56,295 nucleotides of DNA from Magnetococcales bacterium (GCA_015231295.1 JADGBU010000001.1:34078-90372), one strand, 5' to 3'. Positions 19,065-29,912 are shown, counted from the stretch's first letter. The notes: generated by a model from the sequence alone, not told the origin. A program made the numbers and translations.

Positions 19065-19437
19065 GAGAACACCTCCATCAAAGTTATTTTAAGTCTAGTA
19101 AACCAACGAAAACATTGGAAAGAAACCAGAAAAAAACACTAAAATAGTATTTTTATTCCTCTGCTCCACGAAGACATGTCGCACGTCAACTCCCTTCTTT
19201 CCAACCAAGTTCCACATCGAACAGTTCTATATCAAGAGTTAATACTCCCGACACGACACTTTTAAGCAGCACATAATTTTCGGACCCACCCATAGACTTC
19301 CGATAAGTTTTTTTTATAAATAAGACTGAAAGAGGATAATATCAACTCATTCCAATTTTCTCAAGCAAAAAAAACGATCAAATGCATTTTTTGACCATGT
19401 TTAACCACCATAGAAAATATCTTAGTTATTTTATTAC

Positions 19438-19460
19438 AAAAAAACCGCCTCAGAAGGCGG
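19438..19460 (-). terminator. Rho-independent terminator
   Basis: Minus strand CCGCCT-TCTG-AGGCGG followed by T7. Confidence 0.65.
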
Positions 19461-19491
19461 CAACAGGAGAATAAAACCATTCAAATCAAAT

Positions 19492-19504
19492 TGGTGGAGG
19501 CGGC
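19492..19504 (-). other. Possible att-site remnant resembling the 3' end of tmRNA or a tRNA
   Basis: Minus strand GCCGCCTCCACCA at the GC/AT boundary, followed by an AT-rich spacer and a terminator. Confidence 0.4.
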
Positions 19505-19726
19505 CACCAGGAAAGCGTTTGCCGCAGCCTATTACAACGACAGGAACACGGGCCAGGGTACGCCAGTCGTCCAACCGATACACGAAAATTTTCTTTGTTG
19601 ACGCTTATCGTTCTGGGAAAAATCTCTTGGCAGCAGGTGTCACTTCACAGGACAAGGAGAGATCCGCGCCGGAGGAAAAAGGGAGCTTTTGGCGCAACGA
19701 GCGACCCGTTGCCCCTGCCAATCCCA

Positions 19727-20818
19727 TCACGTCAACTCGAAACCGCCCTCTCCCACCGCGACCCCGTTGACCAACAACTCAAGCCGATGCATGCCGGGAT
19801 AATATTTCCGGGTGGTGATGCGACGCATGGGATGTCTTTTTTCCAAACGCAACACCTGACCCGCCCTCACCTCTCGAACAGTCCATTTGAACACCTTGCG
19901 GGCCAACGAACCCTTCAGGCGTCGATGATATAACGCATAATCGATGGACAGCTTGGCGTCTTCCAGACAACGCAGCTCCACCGCGAGGGTGACATCCTCA
20001 CCCAAGACAATCCGCTCCGGCTCCACCCGGAAACTCAAACAGCGGGGAGCCTGAAGGCCACCAAATCCCATCAACGCCAAGGCTTGAGGATGGCCCTGTT
20101 TGATCAACGTCCGCAAGGCGTGTCCGGCGATCCAACGCGCATGGGGATTGGGCTCTTGCAGCCAACGCCCGAGACAGGCCACCACCCGTTCCGGATGATC
20201 CTTGGCCACATCGTTGAGATGATTGGCCACCGAACGCCGCACTACCGGATGCGGATCCCCCCGCAACGGTTCGATGATCTCCAGGCCCGCCGTGGGATCG
20301 AGCACGAAGGGTTTCAGCCGCACGCCCCAGGGCAACCGGGGACGGGATCCTTCGCTGGCCACTCTCCGAACCCGCCAATCCGGATGATGCGCCCATTGCC
20401 GGAGTCGGGGAATGGTGATATCGGGATGAGTCAGAATGAAGGGACGAATATCGAACTCGGCACTGAAATGACAGGTCATCCGCTCCAGGGCATCGAGTGC
20501 GAGGTCGGGATGCTCCAGCCCATACAATCCGACAAAATTGAGAAACGGCAGATGCCGAAATCCCGACATCCCGTCCATTCCGCCCTGCGCATCCTCCGGG
20601 CCCATGCTGGCCAACAGAATTTCCAGCGCATCGGGAAACGACGGCGGCAGATGGTCGCGCAAGCCTTGAGCGATCCGTCGGGCTCGTCCCAGCAACTCCA
20701 GTGCGGGAAAATCGGCCACCACCTCGGCGACCAATCGATCGACCGGCAATGCGGGGTGGTTGGCCGCCAGACGGGCGGCCATCTCCGCCACCACAGATGG
20801 CTGATAGAATGCTTTCAT
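19727..20818 (-). CDS. alkC: AlkC-type HEAT-like-repeat DNA glycosylase with C-terminal Ig-like domain
   Basis: FSAEFDIRPF, VRRVASEGSRPRLPW, VRRSVANHLNDVAKDHP, KVFKW, TTRKYYPGMH. Confidence 0.85.
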   Translation of the reverse strand: MKAFYQPSVVAEMAARLAANHPALPVDRLVAEVVADFPALELLGRARRIAQGLRDHLPPSFPDALEILLASMGPEDAQGGMDGMSGFRHLPFLNFVGLYGLEHPDLALDALERMTCHFSAEFDIRPFILTHPDITIPRLRQWAHHPDWRVRRVASEGSRPRLPWGVRLKPFVLDPTAGLEIIEPLRGDPHPVVRRSVANHLNDVAKDHPERVVACLGRWLQEPNPHARWIAGHALRTLIKQGHPQALALMGFGGLQAPRCLSFRVEPERIVLGEDVTLAVELRCLEDAKLSIDYALYHRRLKGSLARKVFKWTVREVRAGQVLRLEKRHPMRRITTRKYYPGMHRLELLVNGVAVGEGGFELT

Positions 20819-20858
20819 TGCCCCTCTTGCCCGATTTGTTTCCGAGGCTCAGAGTCGC

Positions 20859-21572
20859 TCAGGAACCGCTTTTGGCATTGGGCATATTCTCCGTCAACCA
20901 GGCGACGAGGGATTTTTTGTTGCGGGAGGCCAACACGATCAGGCCGCTTCCGGAAAAACGCAACACCAACGACTCTCCACTGGTGGCTGCGCTCAGCAAG
21001 CCGCCAAAGAATCCGCGATCGCTGTTGGGGGTCGAAATTTCATACTCCAGACCGGTTTCCCAGGCCACGATATGTTCATTGTCGATGGTCAGGGGCTGAC
21101 CCGGCTTGACCTCCAGCAAAAAAATCGATCCAAAGGAGGAGACCACCACCTTGCCTTTGCCTTCGGTCTGCTGAATGAAAAATCCACCGGTTCCGCCGAA
21201 CACCGCATGTCCCAGATTTTGCGTCACCGACTTGACCGACACCCCTTCGGTGCTGGCCAAGAACGCGCCATCCGCCAGACAATATTGTTTTTCTCCCACC
21301 TCCAGCACATGCATGCCACCCGGAAACGGCGCGGCCAGCAGAAGATCGCCGGCCCCGTTTCGGGCGGTGATCTTTTGCTGGAACAGGGTTTCCTCATTGG
21401 CGAAACGCCGCACCAACGAGCCGAAGATCCCCCGTTTGCCCAGCGTACCATCCAGGGTCAGGGACTCTTCCATCATCACCATGGCATTGGATTCTGCCAG
21501 AATCGACTCTCCCTGCCGCAGCGACACATGCAAAAATGGATCGATTTCACCGGTAATCGTCAATTCAGCCAT
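20859..21572 (-). CDS. AIM24 / TIGR00266 family protein
   Basis: GESILAESNAMVMM, DGAFLAS, FGGTGGFF, IDNEHIVAW, SGESLVLRFSGSG. Confidence 0.88.
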   Translation of the reverse strand: MAELTITGEIDPFLHVSLRQGESILAESNAMVMMEESLTLDGTLGKRGIFGSLVRRFANEETLFQQKITARNGAGDLLLAAPFPGGMHVLEVGEKQYCLADGAFLASTEGVSVKSVTQNLGHAVFGGTGGFFIQQTEGKGKVVVSSFGSIFLLEVKPGQPLTIDNEHIVAWETGLEYEISTPNSDRGFFGGLLSAATSGESLVLRFSGSGLIVLASRNKKSLVAWLTENMPNAKSGS

Positions 21573-21743
21573 CGGAACCTCCCGAGTTCAATCCAGAGCA
21601 TACAGACGCGCCTTGGCCATCAGGCCACCAATCCAGATACGATTTTTCCATCATCGTGATTCAATCGGATTACAGGCTCCGCTCTCATTCGTCAAGGGAG
21701 TCTGGAGGGCTCCTGGTTTTGTGCGGCGTCGGGGCGTTTCGAT

Positions 21744-22466
21744 TCAGGGAAACAGGGTGCCAATCCGATGCGGAAAGGATCGTTGTGACGGTGGCGGCGA
21801 GCGGAATTCCGGTTCACTCGGGGTGGCGGGCGCGACGGTGAAATTCAGGAGGTCGCCTGCGCGGAGAAACGGCTTGAGGGCCGGTTGCAGATTGGAGGCC
21901 TTGGCCTGTTGCAAAGCCCGCAGCAGGGCGTGGGAGAGTTGTGGAATCTGGAAGCGTTGTTTCAGCGTTTCTTCCATATGACGCAACAAATGAGCGGTCA
22001 TTTCCGCATCGGCGAGGGCGCGGTGGGCTTTTCCGGTTTCGGGCAGCCGTGCGAAGGTGGCCAGCGTACCCAGTTTATGGTTGGGGGCTTCCGGATAGAT
22101 TCGTCTGGCGACCAGCATGGAACAGGCGAACTCCTGGGGTCGTTCTCGTCGAATCAACGCCAGTTCGGCATCCCAGAATTTACGATCGAAGGAGGCGTTA
22201 TGGGCCACCAGAGGCAGATCGCCGACAAAATCGGCCACCTCTTGCATGACCTGGGCGGCGGGAGGCGCGCGACGCACCATATCGTTGGAAATACCCGTCA
22301 ACGCGGTGATGAAGGCGGGAATGCGCACACCGGCATTCATCAGGCTCTGATAGTGCCGTGCGGTGCGACCCTGTTCCAGCACGATCACCGCGATTTCCGT
22401 GGCTCGCGCCCCTTCACCCGGGGAGAGGCCAGTGGTTTCGAAGTCGATGACGGCCAGGGTGTCCAC
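21744..22466 (-). CDS. DEDDh 3'-5' exonuclease (DNA polymerase III epsilon-like)
   Basis: IDFETTG, VAHNASFD, HRALADA; GTG start. Confidence 0.9.
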   Translation of the reverse strand: MDTLAVIDFETTGLSPGEGARATEIAVIVLEQGRTARHYQSLMNAGVRIPAFITALTGISNDMVRRAPPAAQVMQEVADFVGDLPLVAHNASFDRKFWDAELALIRRERPQEFACSMLVARRIYPEAPNHKLGTLATFARLPETGKAHRALADAEMTAHLLRHMEETLKQRFQIPQLSHALLRALQQAKASNLQPALKPFLRAGDLLNFTVAPATPSEPEFRSPPPSQRSFPHRIGTLFP

Positions 22467-22535
22467 GACGAATCACGCTCTCGATGACATCGATTGAAAG
22501 AAACGCCTCATCCAGGCCATTTTCATCCGGAAAGG

Positions 22536-22567
22536 GGACCGTCGTCCGGAACAAAAGACGACGGTCC
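22536..22567 (-). terminator. Stem-loop downstream of the cold-shock gene
   Basis: ggaccgtcgtc-N10-gacgacggtcc. Confidence 0.55.
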
Positions 22568-22581
22568 TCCGGTTCCACAAT

Positions 22582-22794
22582 TTACAGAGTGGTCACATTC
22601 GAGGCCTGATCACCCTTTTGGCCTTTGGTGATATCGAACTCCACCCGTTGTCCTTCGGCGAGGGTCTTGAAGCCGCTCATGGAAATGGCACTGTGGTGCA
22701 CAAAGGCGTCCCCTTTCCCATTATCCCGTTCAATGAAGCCGAAGCCTTTGCTATCATTGAACCATTTGACTTTTCCAGTTTCACGATTTGCCAT
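22582..22794 (-). CDS. Cold-shock protein (CspA family)
   Basis: [31 protein letters not shown]; RBS aggag. Confidence 0.96.
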   Translation of the reverse strand: MANRETGKVKWFNDSKGFGFIERDNGKGDAFVHHSAISMSGFKTLAEGQRVEFDITKGQKGDQASNVTTL

Positions 22795-22961
22795 TTTCAA
22801 CAAACTCCTGCGGTACGTTTGGGTTTGGGTGGTGGGTTATAAAGAATCCATGAGTCGGACTGAATGGCCTATCTTAAATTTATTACGATCTTTCCACAAT
22901 GATTTTCCTGATCAGAAAAAAATGGCCTCTCGGCAACCCGTATCGATCCCGCTGCTTTTGA

Positions 22962-24035
22962 TCAGGCCAACAAAGCCACGGCCTTGATCTGCGCCCAAAC
23001 CGTGCATCCCGGAGTCAATTTCAGTGCCGATGCCGAGCGTCGGGTCAGTCGCGCCAGGAGGGGCGTTCCACCCGCTTCGAGGCGCACCAGACAGAGTGCC
23101 GGATGGGATTCGTCACGGATGGCACTGACGGTGGCGGGCAACGTGTTGACGATGCTGCTATCGGCATGAGATTCCAAGGCAATGCTGACATCCCGGGCCA
23201 AGACACGCACTCTCACTCGGTCGCCCACCTTCGAGCCCTGTTCCCGCACCCACAAGGAGCCGCCGGGAAACGCCACCCGGACCAGATGCCACATGCGGTC
23301 CCGTTCCGCCACCACCGCTTCCACCACCACGCCGGTATCCTCGCCCAGTCGAATCGGCAGATCCAGACGTGATAGAATCTCGACCAGAGTGCCACTGGCC
23401 AACGCCCGTCCCTCTTCCATCACCACCAGGTGATCCGCCAGACGCGCCACCTCGTCCGGGGAGTGGCTGACGTACAGCAGTGGAATCTCCAACTCGCCGT
23501 GCAGGCGTTCCAGATAAGGGAGGATCTCCTGCCTGCGCTTGAGATCGAGCGCGGCCAATGGTTCATCCATCAGCAGCAAACGCGGACTGACCGCCAAGGC
23601 ACGGGCGATGCCCACCCGTTGACGCTCCCCACCAGAGAGTCGGTCCGGCGTGCGATCGAGCAGATGACCGATACCCAGCAGTTCGATGGCGTGTTCCAGA
23701 TTGATGCTCCGGGCCGCCGCGTTGCGTTTCATGCCGTAACTCAAATTGCCCATCACCGTCAGATGGGGAAAAAGACTCGCCTCCTGGAATACATAGCCGA
23801 TGGGCCTCTTGTGGGTTGGCACCCAGCGGTTCTGGTCCTGCCAGATCTCGCCGGAGAACACAAGCCGACCGTGCGCGGTACGCTCCAACCCCGCGATGGC
23901 GCGCAGCAGCGTGGTCTTGCCCGAACCGGAGTGACCAAACAGCGCGGTGATGCCCCGTCCAGGCAATTGGAGATCCACATCGAGGCTGAAACCTGGCCAA
24001 TCGAACCGAAAACAGGCCTCGATTCCTTCTTCCAT
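22962..24035 (-). CDS. modC: Molybdate ABC transporter ATP-binding subunit
   Basis: GHSGSGKT, YVFQEASLFPHL, LSGGE, MDEPLAALD, C-terminal TOBE/Mop (AQIKAVAL). Confidence 0.95.
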   Translation of the reverse strand: MEEGIEACFRFDWPGFSLDVDLQLPGRGITALFGHSGSGKTTLLRAIAGLERTAHGRLVFSGEIWQDQNRWVPTHKRPIGYVFQEASLFPHLTVMGNLSYGMKRNAAARSINLEHAIELLGIGHLLDRTPDRLSGGERQRVGIARALAVSPRLLLMDEPLAALDLKRRQEILPYLERLHGELEIPLLYVSHSPDEVARLADHLVVMEEGRALASGTLVEILSRLDLPIRLGEDTGVVVEAVVAERDRMWHLVRVAFPGGSLWVREQGSKVGDRVRVRVLARDVSIALESHADSSIVNTLPATVSAIRDESHPALCLVRLEAGGTPLLARLTRRSASALKLTPGCTVWAQIKAVALLA

Positions 24036-24036
24036 C

Positions 24037-24714
24037 TCACCGCTCCTTCTTCGGATTGGGACGCCAGGCGTACAGGGCCAGCAACACAAAAAACGAGAAA
24101 ACCAGCATCACCGCCGACAGACGATGCGCCTGCATATACTCCAGGGCTTCCACATGATCGTAGATCTGCACCGACGCGACGCGGGTGACGCCGGGCAGAT
24201 TGCCGCCGATCATCAGCACCACGCCGAACTCCCCCACGGTATGCGCGAAGGTCAAAATCGACGCGGTGAGAAATCCCGGCGCGGCCAAAGGCACCGCCAC
24301 GGAAAAAAAGGCGTCGAGGGGTGAGGCGCGCAGCGTGGCGGCCACCTCCAGAGGGCGATCGCCCACGGCCTCGAAGGCCGATTGCAGCGGCTGTACCATG
24401 AAAGGCAACGAGTAGAATACCGAAGCCACCACCAACCCCCAAAAGCTGAACGGCAAAAGAGTGCCACCCAGCATCTGAGTGAATTTCCCCACCGGTCCGT
24501 TCGGGCCCATCGCCAGCAGCAGGTAGAATCCCAGCACCGAAGGGGGCAACACCAGCGGCAGCGCCACCACCGCGCCGATCGCCCCTTTCCATCGACGCTT
24601 CGTGCGTGCCAGCCACCAGGCGATGGGCGTACCGATCAGCAACAGGATCAGCGTCACGATCCCGGCGAGTCGCACGGTCAGCCATAATGCCTGCCAATCG
24701 TTTTCCGTCAGCAT
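24037..24714 (-). CDS. modB: Molybdate ABC transporter permease
   Basis: [32 protein letters not shown]. Confidence 0.95.
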   Translation of the reverse strand: MLTENDWQALWLTVRLAGIVTLILLLIGTPIAWWLARTKRRWKGAIGAVVALPLVLPPSVLGFYLLLAMGPNGPVGKFTQMLGGTLLPFSFWGLVVASVFYSLPFMVQPLQSAFEAVGDRPLEVAATLRASPLDAFFSVAVPLAAPGFLTASILTFAHTVGEFGVVLMIGGNLPGVTRVASVQIYDHVEALEYMQAHRLSAVMLVFSFFVLLALYAWRPNPKKER

Positions 24715-24799
24715 GCGTCTGCGTTCCGGACGGCGCCGATGGAACAATCGGCGTGACGGTCGGGCGGTGGGAACTCTGGGCCGTTCCGGGTGTCCGCCA

Positions 24800-25582
24800 T
24801 CAAGGTTTTCCTGCTGCGTCAGACGTTTCGCCAGACAGCACGAAACCGTAACGGGTCATCACGGCGCGTGCGGACTGGCTGCTCAGGTATTCCGCGAAGC
24901 GTTTGGCGAGTGGGTTGTTTTCGGCCCGACGGGTGATGATGAATCCCTGCTCCAAAGGTTTGTGCAACGTGTCTGGAATCAGCCAGTAGCCACCCGGTCC
25001 GGACAACTCCGGGTTGACCGCAAGTGCCAGCGCAATGATGCCAACCTGGGCATTGCCGGTTTGCACGAATTGAGCGGCATGGGCGATGTTTTCGCCATAA
25101 ACGAGCTTCGGTTCGAGTCGCTCCCACAAGCCGGAAGCACGCAGGGCCTCCTCGGCGCGTTTGCCATAAGGGGCGTGTTTGGGGTTGGCGATGGCGATGT
25201 GATGGATGGAGGGGGCAACAAGGCTCTCCAGCGTCATCCGGCTGGCATCCAGGGTCGCTCTCCAGAGCACGATCCGGCCAAACGCATAGGGCGTGACCTC
25301 GGATGCGGCAAGACCGGCCTTGGCCAGTTCGCGGGGAAACTCGACATCCGCCGAAAAATAGAGATCATAAGGGGCACCCTGCTGAATTTGAGTGTGAAAT
25401 TTGCCCGACGAACCATAGATCACCTCCACCTTTTCCGTCGGATGAAGCCCCTTGAAGCGGGTGACGATTTCGCTCATGGCGAACTTGAGATCCGCCGCCG
25501 CCGCGATGGTAATCTCCCCGGCGTGCGCGAAGGGGGCGCACAACAGTGAAACGGCAAGCAGCAAATTGCGAAAATGGTTCAT
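24800..25582 (-). CDS. modA: Molybdate ABC transporter periplasmic binding protein
   Basis: Signal peptide, [30 protein letters not shown]. Confidence 0.95.
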   Translation of the reverse strand: MNHFRNLLLAVSLLCAPFAHAGEITIAAAADLKFAMSEIVTRFKGLHPTEKVEVIYGSSGKFHTQIQQGAPYDLYFSADVEFPRELAKAGLAASEVTPYAFGRIVLWRATLDASRMTLESLVAPSIHHIAIANPKHAPYGKRAEEALRASGLWERLEPKLVYGENIAHAAQFVQTGNAQVGIIALALAVNPELSGPGGYWLIPDTLHKPLEQGFIITRRAENNPLAKRFAEYLSSQSARAVMTRYGFVLSGETSDAAGKP

Positions 25583-25700
25583 AGCAGATTGCGAAAAGAG
25601 TTCATTTTGATCATACTTTCTTCAAGTTGAATGGAACGATCGAGACGGCATGCGACCTGGCAATGGGCCAAAAGAATCGAAACAGATGGCGTGATGGGGA

Positions 25701-25729
25701 ATCGTTATCACCCAGAGCTAAATAACGAT
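25701..25729. promoter_or_regulatory. ModE/Mop-type molybdenum box upstream of modA
   Basis: ATCGTTAT-N13-ATAACGAT; outer arms and length match ATCGNTATATA-N6/7-TATATAACGAT. Confidence 0.7.
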
Positions 25730-25846
25730 CGGAATCGTAATCCAGGAATCGATTCCCGTCAAGGGTCCAGACGGAATCCGGTTGCGTCGATTGCGCACCA
25801 CGCTCCGACCGTTCTCCATCTTCTGTCATCCTGTCAAAGCAGAATA

Positions 25847-25868
25847 GCCTGCAACATATGTTGCAGGC
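25847..25868. promoter_or_regulatory. Perfect 22-bp palindrome (candidate operator)
   Basis: GCCTGCAACATATGTTGCAGGC is its own reverse complement. Confidence 0.45.
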
Positions 25869-26137
25869 CACACATGTCTTGCATGCGTTTATTGGTTTGT
25901 TTTGTCTATAAAAAATTAAAACCAAGCCATCGACACCTCACGGACATTGCACGCCAATGGATGTCACGATTCATTTCAATTTTGTTGCAGATTCATAAAC
26001 ATTTCATGATTGCATTGTTTCTCAGACATGGCATGGGGTGTGAATTTAAAGAAAACCAGAATCTGCACCGCACAAATCCTCCAGATGATTGTAACATCTT
26101 CCGAATCAAGATTTAACATCAAACGAAAGGTGTCACC

Positions 26138-26569
26138 ATGTACTCCACTGCATCCAACACAAACAATACGCAATACAAACAAAACAGCAGCATATTATCG
26201 GAATGCGACCATGGAGATGACAACGGCTCAACGGATACTGGACATATTCAAAAACAATGCGGGGAGACAATCGAAATAATTGAACAGAACGGAAAAATTG
26301 TCATCATTCTTCCGGAATTTTTCAATTACAGATTTCGACATAGTTTCTTGAATGATGTTGCCGGAAGGTTGAAAAGTAAAGAGATCTATGTTGATTTTTC
26401 CAATGTTGAATTCATTGACAGTACAGGATTGGGCATGTTGTTGCTTCTGAGAGAGTGGTGCGACAAGCAAAAAATCTTGTTAACCATTGCACACCCAAAC
26501 AATAAAATACTTAACATATTTGAAAAGGTCGAATTTGACAAAATGTTCAATATTTTTATCGAACCATGA
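26138..26569 (+). CDS. STAS-domain anti-sigma factor antagonist (start uncertain)
   Basis: VDFSNVEFIDSTGLGMLLLL; AT-rich; N-terminal ~40 aa look non-conserved. Confidence 0.8.
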   Translation: MYSTASNTNNTQYKQNSSILSECDHGDDNGSTDTGHIQKQCGETIEIIEQNGKIVIILPEFFNYRFRHSFLNDVAGRLKSKEIYVDFSNVEFIDSTGLGMLLLLREWCDKQKILLTIAHPNNKILNIFEKVEFDKMFNIFIEP

Positions 26570-26597
26570 AATCAAGGCGACACAAGAAACGTACACA

Positions 26598-26649
26598 ATC
26601 ATCCTGTCTCTGACACGAAAAAAAACTCCTGCGTCACAGACAGGATGAT
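26598..26649. terminator. Inverted repeat between the convergent STAS and ktrA genes
   Basis: atcatcctgtct...agacaggatgat, 12-bp perfect stem with extension. Confidence 0.5.
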
Positions 26650-26681
26650 CGGTATGGCATGGAATCCGTGGCTGTTTTCCC

Positions 26682-27392
26682 TCAAGGCTTCAGGATGCCC
26701 CGGTTCCCGTCACGTCCATTGTTCAATCCTTTCACTTTGGCGAGTTGTTCCAGGGTTCCCAACAGGATCAGGTTATCCTCGCCGCGCAGTTGCGTGTCCG
26801 GGGCCGGATTGATGGTCAGATTATCCCGGGATGCCCGGTTTTGCGCCTCATGACGAATGCCAATCAAATTGACGCCATAGACGGTTCGCAACTCCAACTT
26901 GCTGATGGTCCGTCCGACGAAACTGGTCGGACAGGTGATGTCGATGATGGCCACATTGTGTCCCAGGGGAACGCTTTCGGCCAAATCGGGATGAATCAAA
27001 CGTTTGGCGATGCGCAAGGCCATATCCCGGGGAGGGAAAATCACCTCAATGGATCCAAAGGTTTGAATCGCCTCGGCCTCCTGTTCATTATCCACCTGAA
27101 CCAGAAGATGGGTGATGCCATATTTTCTCAGGGCATGGGTGACCAGTACGGTGGAATCGAAATGATTGCGCAACGCCACAATGGCCGTATCCACCTCGAA
27201 CGCGCTGATCGCCCGCATGGCTTCGGCATTGACGGCATCACAACAGACCGCCTTGGATGCGTGGTCCCGAATCAGATTGACCCGCTCTTCATCCCGATCC
27301 ACGGCCAAGACATAGGCCCCTTCGTCGATCAACGCCTTGGCCACCCGACTGCCAAACGTTCCCAGTCCGACCACCAAAAAAGAGTGTGACAT
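26682..27392 (-). CDS. ktrA: Ktr/Trk K+ uptake regulatory RCK subunit
   Basis: VVGLGTFG Rossmann motif and C-terminal TrkA_C (NLIGI...NPAPD). Confidence 0.88.
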   Translation of the reverse strand: MSHSFLVVGLGTFGSRVAKALIDEGAYVLAVDRDEERVNLIRDHASKAVCCDAVNAEAMRAISAFEVDTAIVALRNHFDSTVLVTHALRKYGITHLLVQVDNEQEAEAIQTFGSIEVIFPPRDMALRIAKRLIHPDLAESVPLGHNVAIIDITCPTSFVGRTISKLELRTVYGVNLIGIRHEAQNRASRDNLTINPAPDTQLRGEDNLILLGTLEQLAKVKGLNNGRDGNRGILKP

Positions 27393-27405
27393 GATTTTTT
27401 TCATC

Positions 27406-28785
27406 CTATCCGATGTTGACGTTTTCTTCGGTAAACGTGTAGTTGATTTTAGACGATTTTCCAATCAGTGCGCTGGCCGCCAACAGAGGGCCGATGCGAC
27501 CCACGAACATGAGCAGACTGATGATGACCTTGCCACCAGGGGAGAGCGTGCCGGTCACGCCCGTGGATAAACCAACCGTGCCCAGTGCGGATACCACTTC
27601 GAAAAGATGACCCAAAAACAGATCGCTTCCGGTTTTGTTGAACGGATGACCCGTCTCCGTCACTTGCAGCAGAAAGGTGCCAATGATGATGGCCAGCACA
27701 TATCCGGTGACCACCAGCATGGCCTTGTTGACGGTCTCTTCCGGTATGGTGCGTTCCAGACACTCCACCCGTGGCCGGTTGCGTGCCTTGGAATGCAGCA
27801 AGGCATAGCAGACTGCGGCGGTGGTGGTTTTCATGCCTCCGGCGGTGGAACCGGGAGATCCCCCGATCGCCATCAGCAAAATGACCAGAAACAAAGTCGG
27901 ACCCGTCAACAAGGCGGTGTCCACCGTGTTGAAACCGGCGGTTCGACTGGTCACGGAGAGAAAAAGACTCTCCAGGAACAAGGCTTCCGGTTGTTCTCCC
28001 ATCGCCGCTCCCTTGGCTTCCAACAGAATGAAGGGAATGGCTCCGGCGAGAATCAAAAACAGCGTGGTACGCAGCACCAGCCTGGAATGCAACGAAAGCA
28101 TGCCTCGCTGACGGCGCAGCATGGCACGCAGACGTTCCGCCACATCCGCCACCACCAGAAAACCCAAGCCGCCCAGAATGATCAGTCCCATCACCGTGCC
28201 GTTGATCAACAGATCGCCCCGAAACATCATGAGACTGTCGGCGTACAAACCAAATCCGGCGTTGCAGAAGGCGGAAATGGCATGAAACAGCGCAAACCAT
28301 GCCGCTTCCGGAATCGGTTTGATTTCGGAAAAACGTAAAAAGAGCAATCCTCCTCCCAGGAGTTCCACCAGGAAGGTGAACAGCAGAATCGCCTTCAGCA
28401 ATTGACGGGGATGAATGGCATCCACCGAACCGTGAGAGATCTCCAAAAGATGCCGATGGTGCAGACTGATGCCGCTTTTTCGCCACTGAAAGCGCGTGAT
28501 GAAAAAAGTGGAAAGGGTCAGAAAGCCCAAGCCTCCCACCTGAATCAATCCCAGAATCACCCCCTGGCCAAACAGGGAAAACGTGGTGCCCGTATCCCGT
28601 ACTGTCAGGCCGGTCACGCACACCGCCGATGTCGAGGTGAAAAACGCATCGACCAGAGAAACGGCCTCCTGTCCGGATGCCAGGCTGACCGGTAACAACA
28701 ACAACAGCGTTCCCGTCAAGATGGTGAGAATGAAGGAAAGTACAACGATGCGACCGAGAGAAAGTTCATTGATTGCAGAGGCCAT
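27406..28785 (-). CDS. ktrB: Ktr/Trk K+ uptake membrane subunit
   Basis: Four pore loops SAVCVTGL, SAFCNAGF, SRTAGF, SALGTVGL; GGSPGSTAGG; MFVGRIGP. Confidence 0.9.
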   Translation of the reverse strand: MASAINELSLGRIVVLSFILTILTGTLLLLLPVSLASGQEAVSLVDAFFTSTSAVCVTGLTVRDTGTTFSLFGQGVILGLIQVGGLGFLTLSTFFITRFQWRKSGISLHHRHLLEISHGSVDAIHPRQLLKAILLFTFLVELLGGGLLFLRFSEIKPIPEAAWFALFHAISAFCNAGFGLYADSLMMFRGDLLINGTVMGLIILGGLGFLVVADVAERLRAMLRRQRGMLSLHSRLVLRTTLFLILAGAIPFILLEAKGAAMGEQPEALFLESLFLSVTSRTAGFNTVDTALLTGPTLFLVILLMAIGGSPGSTAGGMKTTTAAVCYALLHSKARNRPRVECLERTIPEETVNKAMLVVTGYVLAIIIGTFLLQVTETGHPFNKTGSDLFLGHLFEVVSALGTVGLSTGVTGTLSPGGKVIISLLMFVGRIGPLLAASALIGKSSKINYTFTEENVNIG

Positions 28786-29057
28786 TTTTCGTCCACTTCA
28801 AGAAAGGAGTGCTTTGGGATACTTGATCTGTCCTTTACGTCCATGCGGTCATTCTTGACGAGAACCATAGCAACTCATGCGTCAAAACGGTAATAAATGT
28901 TGGCAACAGAAGATAAAGATTTCATCAAGATCCGCGACTGCCTTTTGGTCAATGCAGACGAGACATCGCCCTCCCAATCGTTGAGAGCGGGAAGGGAGAA
29001 GAGAGATCGATTCAAGGGGATGGATTGGGTGAGAATGGGGGATGGCGGGTCAGGGGG

Positions 29058-29912
29058 TCATGTCGATAGGGTCACTTCGTACAATCCCCCGATGACCATG
29101 TACTCCTCCTCCCCCTTGAGCGCGCCGGGCAGCAGCGAATTGAAGAACAGAATTTTCTGCAGCGGCACTTCGGCCTCCATGATCTGATCTCCGAATTCGT
29201 CCGCCCGTTCCCGGTTGGTGGTGAACGAGTTGAGATTGTTCAGCAAGACCACGCACCGCCTCCGGTCCAATTTGGCGACGATATCGTGATCCGACAGACG
29301 ATTCACCCCGCGAAACAGCGTGATGTGGGCCTGTTCCGGCCTTTGTCGGATCAATTCGTAGTGACAGTAGGTGTAAAGCAGATCCAATTGCCCTTCCAGG
29401 CTGTTGGTATTGTAGACCCCCGCGCTCTGTTGGCCGAGAAACCGTTGATAGCTGTCATTGTCCGGATCGATCCGCCCTCCGAAATAGCGCGGCAGCAGAC
29501 CGAACCGGGACGCCACCCACCCTTTGAGCACCGCGCCTTCCCGCCCATCCGGATCGAACAGCCAGCCCCGCAGCAGACTCTGATAATCGGCCTTGTGACG
29601 ACGGATGCGGGAGTTGGCGTTGAACCCCGCGCTCTCCGGCGAGGCCAGGGAGTAATAGACCGCCAGATAATCCCGGAACTGCTGCGCGCGGGCTGTCGGA
29701 TCGTTCAGGCGGTCCAGACGCCAGAACAGATCCTTGTGGATGATGGTGACGCCATCCAGCTCCACCGGTTCGGGACGGTGCTGAAAATCGAGACTCGCCA
29801 GAATCGAGGAGGGGAGATTGCAGCGGTTGAAACGGGTCCAGGCCTCTTTGGGAGGAGGCCAGAAGGTGCCGACAGGTCCACGGTGCGGGATGTTGTTCAT
29901 TCCGGGATACAC
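29058..29912 (-). CDS. draT: NAD+:dinitrogenase reductase ADP-ribosyltransferase
   Basis: FNRCNLP, LRGWLFD, EGAVLKGWVASRFG, QLDLLYTYC, NNLNSFT, GEEEYMVIGG; divergent from nifH; start GTG 29912 or ATG 29900. Confidence 0.94.
   Translation of the reverse strand: MYPGMNNIPHRGPVGTFWPPPKEAWTRFNRCNLPSSILASLDFQHRPEPVELDGVTIIHKDLFWRLDRLNDPTARAQQFRDYLAVYYSLASPESAGFNANSRIRRHKADYQSLLRGWLFDPDGREGAVLKGWVASRFGLLPRYFGGRIDPDNDSYQRFLGQQSAGVYNTNSLEGQLDLLYTYCHYELIRQRPEQAHITLFRGVNRLSDHDIVAKLDRRRCVVLLNNLNSFTTNRERADEFGDQIMEAEVPLQKILFFNSLLPGALKGEEEYMVIGGLYEVTLST

Noticed and set aside
19492-19560. Intact tRNA or tmRNA gene
   Set aside because: Only a 13-nt 3'-end-like match; no T-loop (GTTCRA) in the adjacent sequence.
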